Source: the human T2T-CHM13v2.0 reference genome, Homo sapiens
Direction: 5' to 3'
DNA length: 64,000 bases
NCBI GenBank assembly: GCA_009914755.4
Contig: CP068257.2
Location: 12,320,001-12,384,000 of the forward strand
A model generated the notes under the pieces. That model was not told where the DNA came from, ran no database searches, and saw nothing but the letters and a program-made list of their open reading frames with translations. Numbering within the stretch: position 1 is the stretch's first letter; each line of letters begins with the position of its first letter. The translations under genes and the position numbers were made by a program. Below, piece by piece: positions 38,906 through 51,670 of this stretch.

Positions 38906-40476
38906 TCAGCAGGTGTGTGGGGCGTCGGGGGTAGGTGGGCAGGCCTGCCTGGGTGCAAAGGCTGCGGCTTCCAGGCTCTGTCCCCAGCTCTTAGCTCCCT
39001 TGGGAGCAGGCTGAGGCCAGGCCAGGGGTCTTCTCCACACTGCTTCCCCGATGGCCCCGTGACCCCTTACAGGCTGGCTCGGGGTGGTCATGCCCACGCA
39101 TTTAAATAGAGGCAGGATGGGAGGAGTGTGAGGGCTTCCTTCTTGGACAGAACATCTGTGTTCTCTGTTGTGAGTGGTTAAGACAAGAAGACAGGGCCTG
39201 GATGTCCCAGACAGTCCCCCAGGGACTTGGTGGGGGCAGCCCCTACCCCAGACCCCAGTTAGAGAGAACAGCCCAGCTCTTGGGGCTCTGGGCCTGGCTG
39301 AGCCGCCTGGGATCTGGGTACCCTGGAGGTCGGGGAGGGGCACAGACTTTAAGTCCAGCAGGTAAGCAGGCATCTGTGGAGCTCATGCAGACCTCGCCTG
39401 CTGCTCCCCTTCCATGGGAGGCCTAGATTTCCAGATGCCTCAGAAGCCAGGACAGTAGGATGGGGGGGCGGGGGCCTCAGGACTGCACTTGGGGCATCCA
39501 AACCCTGACTGAGAGTTGGAGGCAGCTTGCAGATGGGCAGAGGCTCAGGCTCCCTTGAGCCTCCAAGAGCCATTCCTGGGGAGAGAGTGGAGAGGGAGGC
39601 ACTCCCTGTGAGGAGGCTGGAGTCTGGCCAGCCCCTCCAGCAAGCTGAATCCCATCCATCCCCCCACAGGAAGAAGGTCCCTGGCATCCTTCAGTGAACA
39701 GATACCTCTTCTGGCCTTTGGGGTCAGGGGTTGGGAGTTTAGCAGGAGGGCAGGACAGCTAGGGTAGATGCTAGGGCCAGGTAAACCTGAGGGGGAAGGT
39801 AGGACTGGGCTTGAAGTGGGGAGGAGGGCACACCCGGCAAGGGCAAAGCTGTGCAGAGGACCTGGGGCCTGAGCTCCCAGTAGGTCCAGGCAACAGTGGG
39901 GAAGTCCTTGGGCTGGATTCCTCTAGGAGAGGACAAGGTGCCTTTCACACCTGGCGGTGCATCCCAGTCACTCCTGTTTCCATGCTTGTGAAGGGCCTGC
40001 CTGGAGTGGGGTGAGGGTGCCCCCAGCCTCACTGCCCAATGCAGCTCAGCCTGCAAGCGTCCCACCTGTCCTACCCTCCCCCGACAGGAGGGGCAGGTCT
40101 GACACCTCAGAGGACCCTGCCCACTGACCCCCAGCAGTCCTGGAGGGTCTGTGTGGTATTGGGGCTCCGGGCATCTCCCCCAGCCAGGCTGCAAGCTCAG
40201 CACCAGGCTGGCTCTCCCTGCCCTGTTGACCAGCAGGCCATGTCAGTGCTCACAGCTCCTCCCCTTGTTTGGCCACGCTGCCGTCAGGGCATCTGCAGCA
40301 AGTGGGGGGCACAACACGGGAAATGGGGCCAAGGCCACAGCGGTGGATGTCCCGATGCTGCCAGTCACTGGAAAGCCCAGGCCAGAGCCCCTCGGGTTGA
40401 AAGTCATACAGAGTTCCTGCGTGGGCTTCATTCCTTCTTAAAGTTTAGTCACTGAAATTCTTAAAAATCTTTATCC

Positions 40477-41147
<671 letters not shown>

Positions 41148-41685
41148 TCACTGTGCAAAGTAAGTTGCTTTTCTCCACGGGGCTATCTGTGTAAAACTTG
41201 CCACTGAGAGCTCTCTCTGCTCTGCTGTGACAGCCCAGCCTGCAGGTGAGCTTGCTTGCACTCCCACCTGATCAGAGCACGCCTCCCTGGGTCAGACACT
41301 CAATATCCTTGCCCTGCAGGAGGCCAGAGGGCCCATCTGCTGCTCATGGCCAGGCTGGGCCTTGGGGTGCCTGACCCCCCCAGAGCAAGCCCCTTAGATG
41401 CCCGGCAGAATCCTCTCTCCCCTCCTGTACCTTGGAAGGTTTCCCCACACTATGCCCAGTGTCAGGCTGAAGTTGGGATCATGGCACAGGAGCCTCTGGG
41501 GCCCTCGGAGAATGAGGTGCTTGATGATGGGCAGAATCTGAACGCAGCCTGGACGGAGGTTTGAGGTCATCAATGGACAGACAGCTTGTCCCAGCACTTA
41601 GAACTCAGGGCAGCAGAGCTGCCTAGCTGGGCACAACCTGGGCCACCCCACAGAGGGCAGGAGTGGGAGAGGCCAAAGGGGGTGA

Positions 41686-42173
<488 letters not shown>

Positions 42174-42702
42174 TGAAGCTTTCTCTGCCTGTTACCAGGT
42201 ACTACCCATACACACACTACCCACGAACAAAGAAATGTGCGTTGTTCTGTGCTGCACGCCACCATTGTAACAATTGTGATGATTTACTTTACAAGTTTCT
42301 CTCCCCTCTAGACTGTTGGCTCTTACATTTTTATATCTTTATCCTTTCATGAGTATTTAGCATGGTGTCGCCTTGTAGTGAATGCTTCATAAATATTTGT
42401 TGAATGAATGAATTTTAACTGATTATCTTTTTCTAAGCCACATGGTAAGATGTTCTTGTCTGTCTTTCAGTTAGGACTTTATTTTTACTTTTAAGTTCAG
42501 AGCTTCTTGATGGTTGTTCTTTCTAAATAATTATTATTTAGCAACTGACTGTCATAAGAGATTCAAAATACATCAAATATCTAACACAAAATGTAAAATA
42601 TGCAGTAATCTTAGCCCTCAAGGAAACCCAGATTTCCCAATTCTGAGTATATTGTTCAAGTTCCTTTTCCAGGACAGCTCAAGGTTCTGTCATTTATTTT
42701 TG

Positions 42703-43000
42703 TCTTTGTTTTTGTTTTGAGACAGTTTCACTCTGCCATCAAGGCTGCAGTGCAGTGGTGTGATCATGACTCACTGTAGCCTCAACTTTCTGTGCTTAAG
42801 TGATCCTCCTGCCTCTGCCTCCAGAGTAGCTGAAACTATAGGCACACGTCATCATGCTCCACCTAATTAATTTTTTTTTTTTTTTGAGACAGGGTCTCAC
42901 TATATTGCTCAGGCCGGTCTCCAAATCCTGAGTTCAAGCAGTCTTTCCACTTGACCTCCCAAAGTGTTAGGATTGCAGGTATGAACCACTGCACCTGGCC
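42703..43000 (-). mobile_element. Alu SINE (older, AluJ-like), antisense
   Basis: A diverged antisense Alu with an internal T-rich linker: ...gagacagtttcactctgccatcaaggctgcagtgcagtgg... tttttttttttttttgagacagggtctcactatattgctcaggc...aggattgcaggtatgaaccactgcacctggcc. Confidence 0.8.
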
Positions 43001-44677
43001 AATTTTTTTATTTATTAACAAAGTGTTTCTAAAATTGTCACTGCCGGTCGTTTGGAAGAATCTGAGAAGTAGCAGCTCTGCTCTTGTTTCCAGAACTGCA
43101 TCCTCTGCTGAATAGGTCTGGGTGCCCCCAGCGCAAGCCTCACCTTATTCACTTACTGACTCAGTTATCTCCTGACTAGAGAAGAGGCAGACCCATCTCC
43201 ATCCTAGGAGGAGCTCTTAGTTCCTCCAGACAGGGATGTCTCCCTAGGACCAGGCAGTGTGGCTGGGATGAGCCATTCATCATCAGGGAAGACACAGGCT
43301 ACCTGGGTAGTCATGGTGTAGAATGCCTCCAGCACAGTGCACAGAAGCCCCTGAATCTGGGAAGAAAGCTACTTCCACATCAGGTGAGAATGCACCTCTG
43401 CCCATACCTGGACTGGGTCTTGATAACGCCCTCAGAAATAGCATGCAGGGAGTCACCAGTCTTTTGAAGTGGTGGTGGTTGTTCTCTTGGTAACCAAGAT
43501 CTGGGCTGCTTGCTGTGCCCAGTGGCACCCCTTGAGGGTCTCTTATGGTGGGCATCACTGGTCTTCTTAATTTGCTACTGTGTCCATCCTCAGAGTCCTT
43601 TGCTTTCTTTTTCAAAGTCAAGCTGTGCTCATATCCTAGACTCTTTCCTGTGGAGAAAGCACGTGAGTTAAAGATTCACCACAATAGTTCACACAGAAGC
43701 TTATTCCAGAACCTTCCCATGCACATTCAGGTGACCCCCACTTGTCTCACCTCCCACTTGCCAGCTCCCTCAGCCTGCCTAATAAAGTGAGATTGAGTTC
43801 GCTCCTGGGTCCCCAAATGCTCTCTGAATGCCAGGATCTCTAAAATTCTTTCAACCACCAAGAAGACCCCTTCTTACCCAAGCCTTGCTTGTCTTGCTTG
43901 TCTGTTAGGATAAAAAAGCAAGACTCTACCTGCTCTATCTTGTCAGGTGTCCTTGAAATTTTTTTTTTTTCTTCATTTCTTCTGCTCATCTGAGCTGGAC
44001 TCTGATTCTGTTGATAAAAATGGGTGTGTGTGAGTGCCTCCAACTGAACACCTTGGAAGCCTTAGTCCATTTTTGATACACTAGAGATGAGGTTTCCACA
44101 AAAACTCAGCTCTCCTCTGTGCTCCAGCGCCCAGGATCTGTAAAGTGCTGCATTCAAAAACGCTCTCAGTTTCTTTCTCAGGGGAGACTGTGTTAATCTA
44201 TATCCTGTCCCTTCTCACCTTGGAAGAGTCAAGTCTTATTTGATCTAGCATTGCTGTTTCTGGTTTTGAGCTTAGTTTTCTTGGAATTCTATTTCCCATT
44301 TGGATTGGGGTCTGGTCCTAGTGGAAAAGGGAGTTCGGGTGATTCACCTTTCTCTAGACCCAGAGTCCCATAGTCTATTTCTGACTCATATTTGTGGGTC
44401 ATTTTCTCAACTGATGCTGTTCAGCCAGCGTCAAAAGTGAGTGGGAAGAATACAGTCCCAGGAGATCATCACCACATTTCTCAAAGCCACCTGAGGGCTG
44501 TAATCCATTTCCTGTCCTCAATTACAAAATAAACTCCTATCAAAGACATACAGCTTAGTATCCTTCATTCCACCCCTCTTTGCAACCTTCATAAGAACAG
44601 CCCAAGGTCTTACCTGAGCTTTGAGTGCAGCTCTCACTGGAATGGAAAGAGATCATCTTGCCTTTTTCTTCAAATCA

Positions 44678-44872
<195 letters not shown>

Positions 44873-44909
44873 TTAAGTCTCTCTTTGCTTTGTTTTCTGT
44901 TTTTGTTTT

Positions 44910-45180
44910 GTTTTGCTTTTTTGAGACAGGGTCTCACTCTGTCGCCCAGGCTAGAGTGCAGTGGCGTGATCTTGGCTCAATGTAAGATTCTCCTGCCTCA
45001 GCCTCCTGAGTAGCTGGCATTACAGGCGCATGCCACTAGGCCTGGCTAATTTTTGTATTTTTAGTAGAGACGGGGTTTCACCATGTTGGTCAGGCTGGTC
45101 TCAATCTCCTGACCTTGTGATCCACCCGCCTCAGCCTCCCAAAGTGCTGGGATTACAGGAGTGAGCCACCGTGTCCGGCC
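44910..45180 (-). mobile_element. Alu SINE, antisense
   Basis: ...tttttgagacagggtctcactctgtcgcccaggctagagtgcagtggcgtgatcttggctca...gggattacaggagtgagccaccgtgtccggcc. Confidence 0.9.
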
Positions 45181-48100
45181 ATAAGCCTCTGTTTATAAGC
45201 ATGGCTCACTCTTACTGGCTGAAGAGATTGATTTCTCTTGCCTGCCGCTCTTCATAGCCTCCATAAGGAATGTTTCAGGATGTGATTATGCTGGGGACTT
45301 AGACACACATAAGGGAAGACTTTTGCAGAGTCCTGCCATAGCATCAAAAAACAAGATATAACAAAACCAGGAGGCACAGGGACTAGAATGCAGGAGGCTC
45401 ATCACCTTTTGTTTCCCAGTCCAGTTCCCACCCAGGAGTACTCAAAACTCTGCCCAGATTCAAAATGCAAAATTAAACAGACCATATATTAACAGTTGTA
45501 TATATATTTTGCACATGAAGAAAATCATTATAGTATTACAATTGTGTGTGTATATATATAGGTCATAATTTTTCAAATGCTTGGAAATGACAAATATTAA
45601 ATTATACTTGATTGTATTAAATATATATATATATGATAAAATAAAATTCTATGATAGGGGATGTGGCATCTTGAAGGCCTAGTTGGGCTGCGTGTGCCAT
45701 TAAGATATACCGGGCTGCAGAAAAGTAAACCCCAAATAGAATATTCCTTTATCCCTTGAATGTTGGAAGGATAATTAGATCAGATATGATCACGTTAAAT
45801 TGATCAGATTGGAGCCAGTGCTAACTCAATCAACTTCCAATTCCTAAGGCAGCAGAAAGCCCAGCTGGAGAGGGAAACTTCTGCTCTATCTCACCCTCCC
45901 TCATTCATCCTGGGAGCCACACTGTGTTCTGTAGAATTTGCTCAGGATTCACAATCTGAGCTGATAAACTTACCTGGATTATCACAACCCTTACCATTTT
46001 GGTATTTTCTTTTTGTTTCTCAGTTTAAAATGGGTTGTGAATATTACTAACGCATCATAAGTTTTCAGACACCCAGTATGTCACTTGTTTGGGTCCCGTC
46101 CTAGGAAATCAATACCTAAATTCAAAAAGTCATCCTAAGATTAATCTTTGAAAGCTGCCTGTGATGATTTGGACTCACTGACCTCCCTTCTCTTCAACCT
46201 ACAGAGAAAGTGAAAGAGCTACCAAGTCTTAGGGCACATGGACAGAACCAGAAGATGCCCAGTGAAGTGCTAGGATAGGGTACAGTCCCATAGCTTTCGG
46301 GCCAAATGAGAAGGAAAAGCAGAACCTGGGACCAGGAAAGCCCCAGCAGCTCCAGACTCCAGGGCTCTTTACCAAGACTGATGGGAGGAACTAAGGCAAA
46401 GATGAGACACCTGTCACCAAGACACTTGTCTTGGCTGCTTCCACCTCTGACTCAGTTGTGTTGGTGTGAATGCAAAACTGGCTCTCTGGCTCCCAAGAAT
46501 GTATAAATCCAGGAGACAAAACCAAGCATTTGGGCACCAGGCAAGAGGTCTTTCCAGATTCCCCAGACTTTTCAGAATTCCCCAAAGATACTGAAACTCA
46601 GACCCATTCTGACCCCACCCCAAAAAGTATCATAAATGGAATCTGGGAGCCATTCAGAGTCTCCAGCCTCCTCTTTGGTGAAAATGGACTTGGACCTAAA
46701 AAGGCACCCCACTGTCCACAAGGACACAAATTCAGATGCTGAGCACTGGCCTCCTGCCTTCCGATGACGGATCTTACCTGAGTCCCATCAAAGCCCATAC
46801 TGTTCCCCAACCTCCACCATCCAGACATTAGGAACAATCCCTCAGAACTGTCTTGATGAGATGGGACAAGCAGTGGTAGAGGTCCGGGTTCAGAATGGTT
46901 GCCTCATCTTTCCCTTCTGAGAAGTCTACACCCGCTGGTCTGAGCCTTCATCCCTTACATGGCTTAGCCCATGTCCCAGGAAGTGCCCCCTAAAAGAACC
47001 TTCTAGTATTTTTCTCCCCTGAAGAGAGGGTCCATGAGACACTCTATGCCAGGAAATACATGGCCTCCATTCTCACATGACTTGATTGACTGATAAACTG
47101 ATACCCTGAGAAAGAAAAAGATGCAGGGAACATCTTGTGTGTGGTGAATCTGCGCTCCTCAGCTGTGGTGCCTGTGCAAATGGTGGAACCCAAAAGAATA
47201 TTGGGTGGTAGACACACAGACCCTACCTAATAAAATTATGTAAGTTTAAGTTTAATATAGATGGAACTTATAATGTCATATAAAATGTTGTTACTTATTT
47301 TGTAAGAAAGCTGATTTAGATTTTGTAAAGGCATTAAATATAATTTTAATGGGAAGCTATGAAAATTGTGTGCATTTGGTGTGTAAATGACTCATTTTGG
47401 GTAATTCTGTAAAGGCCACCTATGAATGTGAGTCATTAGTAACCAAATCTCCTATAGATAGCATATTGCATATGCATTTTAATGTATTCTTTTACCTGAG
47501 CTCAATTTTTCTTAATTTTATTCATCAAATTTTATACACTTTAGATAAAAGACACCTTGTAGTTACCATGTGCTCTATGGATCTCTATTTTGTTAGAAAT
47601 ACAGATTTTCAGGCAAAACCCAAGTATATTGTATCAAAATCAGGTTTTTAAATAATATTCCCAGGTGATTCACATGCATATTAATAATTGTTAAGTGGGG
47701 GTAATTCTATAATTAAAAGGGAAAAGGTTATATGAGTGTATTTATTTGTTAAAAAGGTACAGAAAAGATTGTATGTTTCAATGTATATACATCTTATCTC
47801 ATAGAAAATAACTAAAAACAATAATAAAGTGGGGATGGGGAATGAGTTGTAGTAGAAGTTAAACAGAAATGGCACATAATTAGTAGATGTTTAGGCTGAG
47901 CATCAGTCTATTATACTACATTGCTTATTGTATATATGTTTAAAATATTCTCTAATAAAATACTTGTATAAAAAGACAAACTTTATCTACAACATTAGCC
48001 CTTAAGATTGTGGTTACTTTTGGAGGGGAGGAAAAGAGAAAGTGGTTTGTGTGGCAGAAACAAGGCTAGTTCTATCCTATGCCTACACAAATGTATTTGC

Positions 48101-50677
48101 TTGTAATAATTTACTGAGCATTATGTTAATGCTTTGGACATATATTTCTGTATGCACGTCATTCAATAAAATTTAAATATTACATATTTAATCTTAACAG
48201 AATAATAGCAATGTTTGGTATTGTTTTGTTTGAAAGTGAGGCATTTAGTGTCAGACATCATGAGATGGGTATTAATATTCCAAGGTATTTATTCACATCC
48301 TGACTCTTGGGGGTCCCCCTCGATCTTTCATTTTTACCTCAATTGAGTAAGTAGCATGGTTGTAGTTTTGGGGAATGCAATTTTTTACAGCAAAGTCCTT
48401 CCTCCACGATAGTACTCACCACGGCCAGGACACTTAGCACAGGGCCCTGTACGTAGTGTGCACTCAGTGTGTGTGGAACTGGTTTGAATCAGAAACAAAA
48501 CAAGTAGCAGAGGTCAGTTCTGCAAAGGATAGAAAGTAAGTAATCAAGACTGAAAGGCCGCAACTCAGCAGCAAACACTTCTATGTTAATTTGAGAAATA
48601 ATTTCAACTGGCTCTCCAAAAGATGTTGGTTTAAAGCAGTAACATGGGAGTTGAGCTGTGTGCTATAATCACCCGAAAGCTTTAAGTCACACTGTTGCCT
48701 AGGTCTCACTCCAGAGATTCTGACTTAATTACCCCATTGCAACTTGGGTTTGAAGACTTTAAACACTCCTCTACAAGGTTATTGAAATATGCAGCCAAGG
48801 GTGAGAAGCATTGATTCAGGGTGAGGAATACATTGGCTGTATGTGATTTTCATGTGTGCTTTAGGGATTTGCCCCATAGCTGCTCCTGAATGTGGGGTCT
48901 TAGAAAACATCTTTACCCTTCAAAGCATATTCTGCTGATTGGCTAAATTGCAGCAGGAAAAAATATCAGCAGCTCTGTCTTTATGTCACTTGCCTTCAAA
49001 GCAAAAGGTTTTTCAGGCACAGTAATTTGATTTAGTCTGTGTTAAAAATCATAAATAGCCTAGAAATACAAAAAAAAAAAAAGAGACAGAGTTTGCAGAT
49101 ATGTGGAGTGCATTATAGGTGTTTTCAAATTTCTCCTATGATGAGAAATTAAAAATAGAATGTTGGGCATTAATTTCCTAAACTCAGTGCTCAGCCATTT
49201 CCTCAAATTGTTTCCAGTTTTTCCAAGAGACTTCAGAAGCATTCCCTGGAATGAATTATTTCCAATGGTGAAGAGTACTAGATGGACAGGATGAGAATCT
49301 CAAAGAAATCTTGCTTCTATTTCAGAAGTGCCACTGTGCAGCACCTTGAAGGACCAGGAAACCTGGTTGAGGAGTGTGGTCTATGGAGGTGCATAGGCTT
49401 CAGAGTCAGGCAGAGTTGATCCTGAGTCCCAGCCCAGCTGAGTTAGAAGCTGTGGGACAGTTATATAAACCTCATCTGCAAAAAAAGGCCATACTAAAAT
49501 TGATTGAAAACAACAGCAAATTTTTAAAATTTCTTCTTGTGTTCATGCCTTGACAATGGATTTTATAGTGGTTCCCATTAAGAGACAGAATTTGTTTTCC
49601 ACATCTTGAATCTTTATGGCCTTATTTGCACAGGCCAAAGCTGTGCATATGACAGTGTGCTAGTTTGGGGCCTAGGCTCAAAAAGTCTCAAATGCTTCCG
49701 TTTTCTTTTTCAGAACCCTTCCATCTCCATGAGAACAAGCCCATTTTGGCCTGCTGGGCAAAAGCCAAAATGTCCCCATTGACAGCTCACTTACAGAAGC
49801 AGAGCCACTTAATTCACCAGCCGTTCACCACTCAACGTCTGAAGGAGCCATTCTGAGCCCTGAAGAATAGCCCAGCTGAGCCCAGCCTAAATTTCTAACC
49901 AGCTCAATCATGAGCGTTTGGGATTGTTTATTATGCTTACTAATATATACAACCATTAAAGACAGGATGCCAGGATGCCAGGACAGATTGATTACAAATA
50001 ACCTGCAAATGCTTGGCACCCTGTAAGTACTGATTTTATTTGCCCTTTATTTAGAGTTAGATTTGTTGTTAGATGGTATTGAGTTATATGGAAGTGCAGG
50101 TAGATGTGGATGCATATGACTGGTGCTTAAACGCACGCAGTGCCCCACACCACAGGAGAAAAACACACAGTTACAGACAGACAATTAGGTCCAAAGCCAA
50201 ATAGCAAAATAAGGAGTTTGACTTTTATCTATTCCCTCCACATCTGAACTCTGGAGGTCAAGGCTGTAAAGAGATCTGAAGACATGGTGTTCTCCCCTCC
50301 TGGGGCCCCATCATTTTTTGTTTACTGTTTGATATTTGAAAGGAAGAGAAACTCCCATCAAACAGCAACTGGGAGACAGTGGTCTCTACGTGACACTCTC
50401 TGCTTGCAGCCCCTGATCTCTCTAGGGGCACTGACCCTCCCACCCTTGAGCCTGAGGAGAAAAGTTAGTAGAGAGAGGCCAGTAGTTGGTAGGGAGAGAG
50501 CCCACTTCCAGCAGAAAAGAGGTGTTCAGGCCTTCACCTCCCTGAGATCGGAGCATCAGAGCCCTCATGGCTGCTGGTTTGAAGTAAAATGTGCTGCAAA
50601 CATAAAATACACAGCGAGTTTAAAAGATTTAGATCCAAAATATTTATAATTATTTGTTGACCACACATGAAAAATAA

Positions 50678-51012
<335 letters not shown>

Positions 51013-51379
51013 AGTCTTTTTATTACTATTTTTGATCTGGCTAATAAAACATTTAAAATTCACAATAGCTAACGTTTTATTTTTTAGAGGATTGCTTCTC
51101 TCTTAAAATCTTAGGTGTCCCACTCCAAAGACCGGCGGCCAGAAAGGTTATGAAATCTGAAATATTAAATAATTGTCATTATATTGCTTCCATTTGTGAA
51201 CAACGTGTGTGTGTGTTTTATAAACGAACATAACCTTCATAACGTTATACACCACAATGCTAAAAAATGACCCCTGGTTAGAGCCAGGCGCAGCACAGAC
51301 AGAAAGCCCTGCCTGAAAGTGACTGGAGCCAAGAGCCTGACACTCTCGGCTCATTCCGTACAGTGTATGGTAGCATCTT

Positions 51380-51670
51380 CTGACACGCAAGGCCTGAGGG
51401 CGCGGTGCCTGCACTACTATCCAATCAGGGCGCTGGGGTGGGAACTGTCCAATCAGGCGCGCAGCCAGGGAGGAAGGGGCGGCTTCCGGAATCTGGCGCG
51501 GCCTTTGTCTCACTTCAGCCAGAGAGCGGGGTTAGGGCTTCATTGCCTTGTGTCCTCTGCTCCGGGAGACTTCGGTGATTCTGCCACTCCCTCCGTCGCT
51601 CTGTGACCTGCTGGCATTGAATGATTTATAGCTAAGACTCCAGGACACCCCTGAAGCCGAGAAATGGTGA
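51380..51670 (+). promoter_or_regulatory. CpG-island promoter with two CCAAT boxes, plus a putative non-coding first exon ending in ATG|GT (gene unidentified)
   Basis: GC/CpG-rich: ...gcgcggtgcctgcactactatCCAATCAGggcgctggggtgggaactgtCCAATCAGgcgcgcagccagggaggaaggggcggcttccgg... Downstream is ...cctgaagccgagaaATG|gtgagtgtgggggg at 51664-51668. This is the typical geometry of an NF-Y-driven TATA-less promoter. Confidence 0.45.

Larger units (their letters stand above)
31160..39000 (+). pseudogene. PPP6R2 (pseudogene copy): Unprocessed (intron-containing) PPP6R2-like pseudogene (protein phosphatase 6 regulatory subunit 2, SAPS2), 3-prime half of the gene, with multiple disabling lesions. The 3-prime limit is approximate
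   Basis: Successive plus-strand exon-like segments with AG/GT boundaries translate to PPP6R-family sequence, best matching PPP6R2. They are [164 protein letters not shown]; ...EACCSDRIQHFDENEDISEDSDTCCAAQ; ...MTVFDKPANSTPIAPGVVRD...SAPEEKGW / FTEFQPFCW; SESGPRCSSLMDTKHSQAEAARAKASRKP; QASYSAVSPASPC...DQKAVSAMDAVNTRPGREAP. Each segment is listed below. Confidence 0.8.

Noticed and set aside
46100-48200. Region ending ...taataaaattatgtaagtttaagtttaa and an AT-rich block that might be an LTR or old transposon
   Set aside because: I could not match it confidently to a repeat family from memory. It is left unannotated rather than guessed.
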